DNA of 63,588 nt, taken from positions 1-63,588 of IMG/VR virus record IMGVR_UViG_3300017700_001004. The stretch is one strand, 5' to 3'. The notes under the pieces were generated by a model, which was not told the DNA's origin, searched no databases, and saw only the letters and a list, made by a program, of their open reading frames with translations. Of this stretch, positions 28,053 to 36,276 are shown one piece after another (positions within the stretch are counted from its first letter, which is position 1; the number at the start of each line of letters is the position of its first letter). Position numbers and translations under genes: made by a program. Origin of the DNA: a virus (Duplodnaviria; Caudoviricetes).

Positions 28053-29043
28053 GTTCCTTGTCCTTTGCCTTGTGGGCCGCGTGGGCCTCGCGCATCAGCA
28101 CCAGAGTGGTGATGCCCTCGAATGTGAAGAAGTCGCGGAGGTCGCCCGGCGAGCCGACGCTGTCGGACCCGTCCCAGAACGCCTCCAGCTGGCGGAAGAT
28201 CTCGGCGACCGGGATCTCCGGAGAGGGCCGAAAGATCCTCGTCGGCGAGAGGTCGCCCTCGTACAGCGTCGGACATGTCCGCTGGCTCATGGCGTGGTCG
28301 TAGGTGACGAGGACCGGCGGCTCGGGCGTCCCGACCCGGTCCATCGTCTCGAGATATCCGTGGAGGTTGTTGCTCAGCTGGTACATGTGGCCGAGGGCGA
28401 GGCCGCATGCCGCAGCCACGAACTCCTGGAGCACCGACATGTGGACAGCGTTCGCGCCGTAGGCTCCCCAGACCGCATCGTTGCTGCGGTTGCAGATCGT
28501 CATGTCGAGACGCGAGTAGTCGTCGGCGTCCTGCCGAACACGGAAGTAGATCTGGGTGTTGCACGGAAAGTCGGCACCCTGTCGGCCGAGGTCCCAGGTC
28601 GGGTCCCACATCTGCAGAACAATGCGGCGGTCGCCCGGATTGGCCCGGAGGAGCTCGATGATGCGGGCGAGCTGGTCGAGGTAGCGGCCACCGAAGTCGG
28701 AGCTCTCGAAGTGGACGCGCCAGCGGTGGCCGTAGGCACCGTGGTAGATCTCTCCGTCGTCGCTGTACTTCTTCAGCGTCCCGAGGAAGCGACCGATGCT
28801 GGCGACGTCGTTGCGCCCGGCCAGCATCCAGATGCTCTCCATCAGGTGGAAGAAGGGGTTGGCGTCGCGGGCCGGGTCCAGGAGGACGCGCTCGTCGGGT
28901 CGCTCGTACACCGTGACGACTGGCCACGGGACCACGAGGGCTGGGCCGTTGCGGGTCTCCTCGCGGACACCGTGCTCTCGGACGAGCCTGCTGCCGAGGA
29001 CGTATGCCTCCTGGACGTTTCTTGCCTGTATGCTACTGAACAC
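27961..29043 (-). CDS. Thymidylate synthase-fold protein, probable dUMP hydroxymethylase
   Basis: ETRNG, RDANPFFH..E..W, DFPCN (catalytic Cys), RSND..WG..GAN (Asn indicates dUMP specificity), NNLHGY. Confidence 0.85.
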   Translation of the reverse strand: MFSSIQARNVQEAYVLGSRLVREHGVREETRNGPALVVPWPVVTVYERPDERVLLDPARDANPFFHLMESIWMLAGRNDVASIGRFLGTLKKYSDDGEIYHGAYGHRWRVHFESSDFGGRYLDQLARIIELLRANPGDRRIVLQMWDPTWDLGRQGADFPCNTQIYFRVRQDADDYSRLDMTICNRSNDAVWGAYGANAVHMSVLQEFVAAACGLALGHMYQLSNNLHGYLETMDRVGTPEPPVLVTYDHAMSQRTCPTLYEGDLSPTRIFRPSPEIPVAEIFRQLEAFWDGSDSVGSPGDLRDFFTFEGITTLVLMREAHAAHKAKDKERALSIAGDIPGHDWRRACVEWLERRYNSAA

Positions 29044-29419
29044 TTCCGGTCCCCGGCCCTGCGAGTGCAATTCTCTCCGACCGGGCCATGAGGGCATTCA
29101 GGCGCTCGATCAGGGCGGGATGGATCTCCCGCAGCTTGGTGTTGAAGAGACCCGGCACCGGCTCGGTGGCGTCGTCCGGGGTCTCCTGTGCGGCGAGGTC
29201 CGCCGCGAAGCGGGCCGTCATCATGTGGGCGACCAGCGCCACGAGGTATGGCGCAGTCGACGGGCAGAGGCCGTTGAGGGTGGCGTTCATGTGCACCATG
29301 CGGGACATGGCGTCGGCCAGTCCGTACATGACCTCGTGCATCTCTCCGTCGCCCTCGGCGAAGCAGCGGCATCTCGGGAAGTGCTCGCTCCCGAGAGCGT
29401 CTCTGGCCCCGCCCATCAC
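29033..29419 (-). CDS. Hypothetical protein
   Basis: GTGA coupling to the glycosyltransferase gene. Confidence 0.5.
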   Translation of the reverse strand: MMGGARDALGSEHFPRCRCFAEGDGEMHEVMYGLADAMSRMVHMNATLNGLCPSTAPYLVALVAHMMTARFAADLAAQETPDDATEPVPGLFNTKLREIHPALIERLNALMARSERIALAGPGTGSVQ

Positions 29420-30240
29420 TTGAGACCTGCCGCCTTCTTCCAGAAGATGGTCACCTCGGTCCGAGTGCCGAGACCCGCCGCGTCCGTCTTGTTCTGCTTC
29501 TGGCGCAGGCGGACGAGCCGATCTCCGTGGAGCTCCTGGAGCCGACGAGCCGCCGTGTCCTGGACCTCGTGGCTGCGATAGGTCGAGCAGCCGCCGGGCA
29601 TGTTCGTCATCTTCTGGCCGTTGGCGTAGTAGAAGAGGCAGCAGTTGCCGCGCCCGGCGCGGAGCAGCTGGAGCTGGAGGTCGAAGTCCTCCATGACCTC
29701 GACGCGACCGTGCTCCATCTCGAGCCAGTCGGCCGTCCGGCAGCCGAACATGCGCATGACGCGGGTGGCGATGGCCACCATGTTCTCGTCGCGCGGCCCG
29801 CCGACCCCGGCCCGGTTGTTGCCCTCGCGGCTGCTGATGCCGACAGAGGCGTATGTGTCGAGCCAGTGGTCGATCTCGCGGAACATCTCGTCGGTCTGCT
29901 CCTCGGTCTGGGCGACCAGCCGCCAGTCGTCGGCCGACTTGCGAACGAGGAAGTCGATGTCGTCGTCCATCATCACGAACTTGTCGGCTCCGATGGACTG
30001 GGCATGCTCGCCAATCCAGTGGCGCGTCGGCCCGATGCCGCGCATGCCCTCCGGAGTCTCGAGAATGTCGAAGGTCGGGATGCCCAGACCACGCAGGACG
30101 AGGTCGTACGCCTCGAGCTGGCCGTGGGGCACGACGTAGTGTGTGCGGCGGCGAAGCTCCGGCGAGAGACGGAGCAGCGGCCCCATCCGGACGTTCGCCT
30201 CCGTTGCGCGCATGTGGGACGGGATGTACAGGTGCATCAT
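29416..30240 (-). CDS. TET-associated (TAGT/GREB1/JGT-like) GT-A glycosyltransferase
   Basis: LYIPS..R, GIGPTRHWI, MMDDDI, MEDFDL.LQLL..G, PGGCS.YR. Confidence 0.8.
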   Translation of the reverse strand: MMHLYIPSHMRATEANVRMGPLLRLSPELRRRTHYVVPHGQLEAYDLVLRGLGIPTFDILETPEGMRGIGPTRHWIGEHAQSIGADKFVMMDDDIDFLVRKSADDWRLVAQTEEQTDEMFREIDHWLDTYASVGISSREGNNRAGVGGPRDENMVAIATRVMRMFGCRTADWLEMEHGRVEVMEDFDLQLQLLRAGRGNCCLFYYANGQKMTNMPGGCSTYRSHEVQDTAARRLQELHGDRLVRLRQKQNKTDAAGLGTRTEVTIFWKKAAGLK

Positions 30241-30293
30241 AGTCAGGTCTCCTCGGTGGGTTCTGTCACCATACTCTGGCGGGGCGTCAGGCG

Positions 30294-30695
30294 CTAGGGC
30301 TCAGGCCACACGTATGCGTTGGCCGGAGTCTCGGTCCAGCCGAACTGGGCATAGTGGCGCGGATCCTTGAGCAGGAGCGCGGCCCGGTGGCTGGCGTGGA
30401 AGTCCTCCCGCCCCAGCCAGGACGGCATGACGATCGTCTCGGGCGGGGGGAGGAACTGGGGCATGTTGTTGACGTAGCCCCGGCGCTCCCACTCCCGGAC
30501 CATGACGTCGTGGTACAGCTGGAGAGCCGCCTCGTGCCCGCGCCACATCCTGACGGCAGGGTGGTTGCGCCAGCCGCCGCCGTTGCGTATTGCGTTGAGG
30601 ATCTGGACGCACTCGAGGCGCTGCTTGCCGAGACGCTGTCGGTCGAGCACCATTGCGGAGCACGCAAAGTTCGGAGCGGGAAGGAATGTCTGCAT
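30294..30695 (-). CDS. Pyrimidine-dimer DNA glycosylase-like protein (MSMEG_6728 family)
   Basis: MQTFLP..LDRQRLGKQRLE, NHPAVRMW.G, PSWLG..FHASHR..LL.KDP..Y..YVWP. Confidence 0.88.
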   Translation of the reverse strand: MQTFLPAPNFACSAMVLDRQRLGKQRLECVQILNAIRNGGGWRNHPAVRMWRGHEAALQLYHDVMVREWERRGYVNNMPQFLPPPETIVMPSWLGREDFHASHRAALLLKDPRHYAQFGWTETPANAYVWPEP

Positions 30696-30735
30696 GTCTC
30701 TTTCATACCCTGTCTGAGTGCGATGAACAAACTGC

Positions 30736-30764
30736 TTTACAAGTTGGGCCATTGGCTCTATGAG
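30736..30764 (+). promoter_or_regulatory. Early promoter TTTACA-17-TATGAG
   Basis: Recurrent motif ahead of a counter-oriented gene. Confidence 0.7.
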
Positions 30765-30793
30765 AGTCGGACAACCCGCCAAGGAGACGTACC

Positions 30794-31120
30794 ATGAAAG
30801 TCACTCGTACCAGCAACCGCGACGGATCAGTCACCATCTACCTCAACGGCAAGAAGGCGTTTCGCGGAAACGCTGTTGATGCCGAGACTTTCGCGCTTGA
30901 GTCTGTCTTCGACGCCGACGTCTGGATTGCCCAGGAGCTCGCCAAGGCCACGAGCGCCGCCGACGCCGACCGCTACCTCGCGATGGGTCCGGAGTTCACC
31001 AAGGACTACCACCACCGCCTCGCGGAAAAGATCCGTGCCAAGTTTCCCACAGCAGAACGCATGAAGGCTCGCGAGCAGACCGCAAAGCGCCTCGCCGCCG
31101 AGATCTTCCGCAAGCAATAG
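30794..31120 (+). CDS. Shared N-terminal module plus helical domain; moron-like insertion
   Basis: NRDGSVTIYLNGKKAFRG; own promoter and AAGGAG RBS; opposite strand to its neighbours. Confidence 0.75.
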   Translation: MKVTRTSNRDGSVTIYLNGKKAFRGNAVDAETFALESVFDADVWIAQELAKATSAADADRYLAMGPEFTKDYHHRLAEKIRAKFPTAERMKAREQTAKRLAAEIFRKQ

Positions 31121-31122
31121 TT

Positions 31123-31620
31123 CTACAGGAGCAGCTCAGCCTGCCGAGGCCCCGTCCCAGTGGCGGGGCCTTCTTGCGTCTGGGACCAGTGGACCAGCTC
31201 CTGCATGAACACGGAGAGCAGGTGCTGGTGCATCGGCTCGTTGTAGAAGTGGTTCAGGCCCGACGGGTGCGGGACGAGGGCATGCCATCCTCCGTGCCCG
31301 TCCGGTGTCCAGACGAAGGCCCGCGCCAGCTCGTGCTTGGTGCCCCCGCGTATGATGCTGTTGACGGGTGCGCCGAGAAGCACGACCGTGCGGCCGAGAA
31401 GCTCCTCGCGCAGCGCCGGGGCCAGCGTCCGCGCCTCCTTGGCGGACCACTCCCGACCAGAGATCACGTTGCGGCGATCGAATGTGTCGAGATAGACCCG
31501 CTTCTCGAGGCCCGAGAACTTGAGCAGCCGCGCCCCGGTGCACGAGGGCGGATGCGGATACAGGGCATGAGCCGGGTCGGAGCTGACCGGATTGTTCATG
31601 CCGAGCAGAACTGGCTTCAC
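31123..31620 (-). CDS. Uracil-DNA glycosylase superfamily-like protein
   Basis: LLGMNNP (motif A-like), TG.RL, VVLLG, VPHPSGLN (motif B). Confidence 0.7.
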   Translation of the reverse strand: MKPVLLGMNNPVSSDPAHALYPHPPSCTGARLLKFSGLEKRVYLDTFDRRNVISGREWSAKEARTLAPALREELLGRTVVLLGAPVNSIIRGGTKHELARAFVWTPDGHGGWHALVPHPSGLNHFYNEPMHQHLLSVFMQELVHWSQTQEGPATGTGPRQAELLL

Positions 31621-32519
31621 CTGAACCTCCCTCGCGGAGTCCCCTCACCGAGGCGGACGCGCTCGTACTTGTCGAACTCACAGAGCGTGTGCTCGACCTC
31701 TCTCATCTCCCACTCCGGCCACAGGCGACCGTGCTCCGGCCACGCGGTGAGGTCGGAGCGGGCAATCGACAGGAGATCCTGCATCTCGCGGCATGCCTGT
31801 GCCTGACTGAGGGACTTCCTGTGGTCGCGCCCGTGGACGCGATGGAGACCACGGACAGCCCCCGGCCCCGCATTGGCCCACGACATGATGTCAGGGGCGT
31901 CCCGCAGGATCGGCAGGTGGCGCAGATCGGTCACTATCTCGTAGCCGGTGAAGCCCCCGATGTAGGGGAACTTCTGGAGCGCCAGCCAGAAGGCCTCGAG
32001 CGTCCGTGGAGTCGTCTGGAGCGGGTGGCCGCCGACTAGGGCGGGGAGGCGCTTGCGGGCCTCCTCGACGATCCACAGCGCCCCGGTCAGCTTGTCCATT
32101 CCGTCCGGCGTCTTGACGATGTAGGCCCCGGTCACCCACGGTCCCCGTGGGATCGCGGTGCGAAGGTTCGCCTCGACCTCCTCGATCGTGGCCAGCCCCT
32201 TGACGTAGCGCCAGCCGACCGGCTCCCCACGAAAGAGGTCGTTCTGCTGGAAGAGGATCTCGCCACTCTCGGTGCGATTGAGTGTGCGGAACAGGATCGT
32301 CCCGAGCACCTGACACTCCTCCGACATCTTGGACAGCCAGCACCGGACGTAGTGCCGGAACCAGAGGGACGTTCGGTCCTCCTCGCGGAAGACATTGGTG
32401 AACCGATACTGCTGGAGGATCGGGTCGTCGGTCCACGGGCGGGGCTTCCCCGAGTTGCGGTCGAGGAAGATCTGGTGCCGGGCGCGGGCGAAGGCGAAGA
32501 ACGCCTCTGGCGAGCTCAT
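31617..32519 (-). CDS. aGPT-Pplase1 / 5-hmdU DNA kinase helical-domain family base-hypermodification protein
   Basis: PWTDDPILQQYRFTNVFRE.DR, GAY, GF..YEI..DL, GPGA.RGL, VEHTLCEFDKY. Confidence 0.85.
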   Translation of the reverse strand: MSSPEAFFAFARARHQIFLDRNSGKPRPWTDDPILQQYRFTNVFREEDRTSLWFRHYVRCWLSKMSEECQVLGTILFRTLNRTESGEILFQQNDLFRGEPVGWRYVKGLATIEEVEANLRTAIPRGPWVTGAYIVKTPDGMDKLTGALWIVEEARKRLPALVGGHPLQTTPRTLEAFWLALQKFPYIGGFTGYEIVTDLRHLPILRDAPDIMSWANAGPGAVRGLHRVHGRDHRKSLSQAQACREMQDLLSIARSDLTAWPEHGRLWPEWEMREVEHTLCEFDKYERVRLGEGTPRGRFR

Positions 32520-33214
32520 CGTCTCCAGGCCCCGATGGTCTGCCAGTGTCCGCCCTCGAACTTCGGCGCACGGACGCACTCCCAGTCGGCGAAGCGGGCA
32601 GCGATGGCCGGGCCGTCGGTCGTGCGCCAGTGGGGCCGCGACAGGTGGATCTCCATCGTGACCTGCCGAACGCAGTCGGGCAGGGGAGCCGTGCTGAAGA
32701 AGTCGTACTCGGCTCCCTCGACGTCGATCTTCAGAACGTCGGGCATGAACTCCAGCACCTCGCGGAAGGACAGCATGGGGATCTCGCCCTGTGATACGCG
32801 GCCCCTGTACTTGACCGAGCTGGTGTTGCCGGGGTTCTTGCCCGTGGGCGAGAGCCAGATCTCGCCGACGCCCGACTCTGCGGCCACGAGCGCCCGGCTG
32901 CTCTGCATGATCTGCAGGCCCTGATTCTCTCCGAGCTGGACGCGGGTGTTCTGTCCGAGGCATGCGAAGTTGCTGGCCTCAGGCTCGATCGACCACACGC
33001 TCGAGGCTCCGTGGTCCAGCGCCCAGCGGGCATAGGCCCCGATGTTGCCTCCGATGTCGAGGACGCGGAGTCCCCTGACGTCCATCCACCCATAGGTGGA
33101 CGCGATCTCCTTGGCGACGAAGTCGTCGAGTGTGCCCTCTCGGCAGATGACCCCGAGAACCTCTCGGGTGTTGCGCATCTCGGTCTCTGTGCCGAGTGTC
33201 ACGGGAAGCTGCAT
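32516..33214 (-). CDS. FkbM-family SAM-dependent methyltransferase
   Basis: VLDIGGNIG, IEPEASNF, LKIDVEGAEY, MEIH. Confidence 0.88.
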   Translation of the reverse strand: MQLPVTLGTETEMRNTREVLGVICREGTLDDFVAKEIASTYGWMDVRGLRVLDIGGNIGAYARWALDHGASSVWSIEPEASNFACLGQNTRVQLGENQGLQIMQSSRALVAAESGVGEIWLSPTGKNPGNTSSVKYRGRVSQGEIPMLSFREVLEFMPDVLKIDVEGAEYDFFSTAPLPDCVRQVTMEIHLSRPHWRTTDGPAIAARFADWECVRAPKFEGGHWQTIGAWRR

Positions 33215-33319
33215 GGCGGTGTTTCTCCTGTGGTGTCAGCGGCCACCATAGCCTGCAAGTCGTGCAGGAGAAAGGGGCCGAGGCTCGCGCCCCGACCCCT
33301 CTCAGTGTCCCCAGCAGGA

Positions 33320-34003
33320 TCAGGCGATCTTGATGAAGTCGTGCTCGCTGTCCCACTTCAGGGCGGCGGCGGTGAGGCCGGCAGCAGCGGCCTGCTCGAC
33401 GGTCATGCCGTCCTTGTACTTCTCGAACAGGGCGGCGGACGCCGAGCCAGCGCGCTTCGGGTTGTTGTCCTTCCCGTATGCCTTGCCCTCCTTGTCCTTG
33501 CCGAGGGTGATCTTCGCCGTCAGGGCGAAACCGCCGACGGTCTTGGCCTTCTCCTCTTTCGGAGCGGCAGCAGCGGTGGTCTTTGCGGCTTCAGTCACAG
33601 AACTTCTCCTTGCGTTTTCACGTCTGTGCCACTCGTCGGTCCGGATGCGATCCCTGACAATCATCTCGCAGATGGTCTTGTGTGCAGAGGGCGGCGTCTT
33701 TGACTTGCGACAGAGGGCATCGTACACTGCCCGGCTGAGCTCCTGCATGCGCTCCTCGCGCACGCGATCGCTCTCGGCGGTGCTGATTCTCTCTCTTGCT
33801 CTCTCGGACGCAACCTTGTCACCAAGCACCTCGGCACACATGCGAGGAAGGAACAGATAGTTCCAGTTCTTCGCAACATCCTCGGCAGAGTTGATGATCA
33901 CGTCGCACGTGTCGATCAGGGGATGAAGACGGGCTTCCTCCGGACCCTCGAAGGCCCAGATGTCACCCCATCCCCAGCACGTCACGGCAACACAGGTCGG
34001 CAT
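33320..34003 (-). CDS. Protein with C-terminal 'NPKR.GS' domain (paralog 3); second strong in-frame start at 33598
   Basis: NNPKRAGSASAALFEKYKDGMTV..LKWDSEHDFI; AGGAG RBS before both ATG 34003 and GTG 33598; promoter TTTACC-17-TAGGGT at about 34085-34057. Confidence 0.7.
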   Translation of the reverse strand: MPTCVAVTCWGWGDIWAFEGPEEARLHPLIDTCDVIINSAEDVAKNWNYLFLPRMCAEVLGDKVASERARERISTAESDRVREERMQELSRAVYDALCRKSKTPPSAHKTICEMIVRDRIRTDEWHRRENARRSSVTEAAKTTAAAAPKEEKAKTVGGFALTAKITLGKDKEGKAYGKDNNPKRAGSASAALFEKYKDGMTVEQAAAAGLTAAALKWDSEHDFIKIA

Positions 34004-34064
34004 TGGCGGATGCGACTCCTGGCAGCTTGGCCCCACGGAATTGTGGACCCAAGTGCACCCTAGC

Positions 34065-35594
34065 CTACCATCGCCTGAGGGTAAAGTGCCTATCAGTAGA
34101 TGGCCTGACGACAGTCAGCACCTCCTTGGCCCGAGTGGTCGCGACGTACCACACGCGAGCCTCGGCCTCCGGATCGCGAAGCATCTCCCTGTAGGTCCGT
34201 GGCGCCATGTCCGTCAGGAGCACCACCTCGCGCGCCTCCCCGCCCTTCGAGCCGTGGATCGTGCTGAGGCGAATGCGGGGAGGCGCGGACATCTTCTCCT
34301 TCTTGCGGACGCAGCTCCGGATGTACTCTCGCTCGGTCGGCTTGATCTTGTCCATGGCGTCGAACCACGGAAGGTCCGGCACGAGCAGGCCCCCGGCCTG
34401 GACCAGATCGGCCATCGTGACCATCGCGTCCCTCGGGAAGTTCTTCAGCTCCTTGTATCCGCGCTTGACGCCGACGCCCGAGGACATCTCCTCGTAGATG
34501 CGGAGGACGTCCTCCACGACGACCGGCTCGCCCTTCCTGAGGCGCATGTCCCAGTTGACGATCTGGCTCCGTCGCTTGTCGGAGATCGACCGCTTCTGGC
34601 CGAACTCGTACATGTATCCGGCCCGGTGGATCTGGCGTCGGACCTCCTCGATGAACATGCTGTTGCGGCCGAGCACGAGGATGTCTGGCTGCGACCAGTC
34701 GACATCGGCGAGGCCCAGCTGGCGGACGACGCCCTCCTCCTCGCGCGGCGACCACTCCTTGTCGCGGCGGTGGCGGACCTGCCCGATGATGTTGTTGGCG
34801 ACCCTCTGGATGCTGGTCGGGACGCGCCAGCTCTTGTCGAGAACGCGGACCTGTCCGGGCATGTCGACGAAGAAGTCGACCGCCGCCCCGGCCCAGTTGT
34901 AGATGGCCTGATCGTCGTCGCCCGCCACCACGACCCGGCGGCATCCCTTGGCCAGCTTCTGGACCACGCTCCACTGGAGCATGGAGAGATCCTGCGCCTC
35001 GTCGACGAAGAGGACGTCGAGCGGTGGCTTCCATGCCTGCTCCACGAACAGCTCGAGCATGTCGGTGAAGTCGTGCAGGCCCCGCGCCCGCTTGAACTCG
35101 GCGAGGCCCCTGGAGACCCTCTCCACCTCCCACCACGAGAGATCGTCGCTGTCCTCGTCGTACAGGGCGCGGAGGTCCATGTTGCGGATGCGGGCCTTGT
35201 TCTCCATCTGGAGGATGCGGTCGCCTCGCTCGTTGCCGAACAGCTGGCCCTCCTCGCCGAAGTCTCCGCCCCGGCGGCGGTGCTTCGGCGTGACCGGGAT
35301 GCCGATCCAGTCGGCGAACTCCATGATGGCCTCGCCCTCGAAGACGTCGGCGTTGGTCATTCCGAGGCACTTGAAGCACAGGGAGTGGAGCGTCCGGAAG
35401 TACTCGAACCTCTTGCGGTCCAGAGAGAACTTCTCGCAGGCGCGATCCCTCGCCTCGTGCGCCGCCTTCCTGGTGAAGGAGACGAAGCCAATGTGCTCCG
35501 GGGCGATGCCACGGTCCAGCTCCGCCTCCACCATGCCGAGCAGAGTCGTCGTCTTGCCGGTGCCCGGCGGTCCGAGGATGATCTCAGGGTTCAT
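34065..35594 (-). CDS. SF1 UvrD/Rep-like helicase
   Basis: GPPGTGKTT, SFTRKAA, RTLHS, VDEAQD, GDDDQAIY, STIHGSKGGEA, YVATTRAK. Confidence 0.92.
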   Translation of the reverse strand: MNPEIILGPPGTGKTTTLLGMVEAELDRGIAPEHIGFVSFTRKAAHEARDRACEKFSLDRKRFEYFRTLHSLCFKCLGMTNADVFEGEAIMEFADWIGIPVTPKHRRRGGDFGEEGQLFGNERGDRILQMENKARIRNMDLRALYDEDSDDLSWWEVERVSRGLAEFKRARGLHDFTDMLELFVEQAWKPPLDVLFVDEAQDLSMLQWSVVQKLAKGCRRVVVAGDDDQAIYNWAGAAVDFFVDMPGQVRVLDKSWRVPTSIQRVANNIIGQVRHRRDKEWSPREEEGVVRQLGLADVDWSQPDILVLGRNSMFIEEVRRQIHRAGYMYEFGQKRSISDKRRSQIVNWDMRLRKGEPVVVEDVLRIYEEMSSGVGVKRGYKELKNFPRDAMVTMADLVQAGGLLVPDLPWFDAMDKIKPTEREYIRSCVRKKEKMSAPPRIRLSTIHGSKGGEAREVVLLTDMAPRTYREMLRDPEAEARVWYVATTRAKEVLTVVRPSTDRHFTLRRW

Positions 35595-35910
35595 CAGGTC
35601 CGCCTCGAATGTGGTCGCGGATCAGAACGTCCAGCGGTGCTGCGTCAGGGAGGCGAGTCCAGAAGACACGGTGAAGATCCTCCTCTCTGAAGGGCCACCC
35701 TCCAATCGTCCACTCCAGATGAGTGCTTGGTCCGGTCTCCAGATATCTGGAGAGCACGAGATCAGCACGGACGACCCGGCCAAGGTCCAGCGGCGACCCG
35801 ACCCACGGGGCCTCCTCGATTGGCCAGAGCCACCAGAGAACGTCGCCGTCCTCCTCGGTCCACTCGTGGTGGGGCCGGGGTGTCAGCATGTCCTGCACCT
35901 GTGGGTCCAC
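35584..35910 (-). CDS. Hypothetical protein (EWTEEDGDVLWW..EAPWVGSPLD)
   Basis: Coupled ORF. Confidence 0.6.
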   Translation of the reverse strand: MDPQVQDMLTPRPHHEWTEEDGDVLWWLWPIEEAPWVGSPLDLGRVVRADLVLSRYLETGPSTHLEWTIGGWPFREEDLHRVFWTRLPDAAPLDVLIRDHIRGGPDEP

Positions 35911-36053
35911 TCGTCGCCGACCTTCTCGGTCCGCCAGCCCTCGGCGCGGATGTGCTCGCGGGCCTCGTTGAAGTCACGGGTGTCGGTCTCCTCCACCTCT
36001 CCGCAGTGGTCGCAGGTGAAGACGATCTTGCCTCTCTCACGCTCCAGCGCCAT
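35883..36053 (-). CDS. Small Zn-ribbon protein
   Basis: CDHC..GW..HRCRTC. Confidence 0.6.
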   Translation of the reverse strand: MALERERGKIVFTCDHCGEVEETDTRDFNEAREHIRAEGWRTEKVGDEWTHRCRTC

Positions 36054-36276
36054 TGCGTGCCTCCTTTGCCTTGGCATCGAGCTCACGCTCGCGCATCACT
36101 GCTCGCTCCAGCCGGTCCCAGTGCCACTTGGCCTCGGCCCAGCCCTGCTCGGTGCAGATGCTGACGGCGGCGAGCCTCTTGAGGCAGTCCTTCCAGCACT
36201 CCACTGCCCATGTGTAGGCAGCGTTCGCAGCCTCCTGCTCATCGGTCGGAGCAGCGATCTTGGTGTAGTCGGCCAT
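36037..36276 (-). CDS. Hypothetical protein
   Basis: GGAGG RBS. Confidence 0.5.
   Translation of the reverse strand: MADYTKIAAPTDEQEAANAAYTWAVECWKDCLKRLAAVSICTEQGWAEAKWHWDRLERAVMRERELDAKAKEARNGAGA

Noticed and set aside
27961-29043. dCMP hydroxymethylase (5-hmC pathway)
   Set aside because: The specificity residue is Asn, not Asp, and the neighbours belong to hmU-type loci
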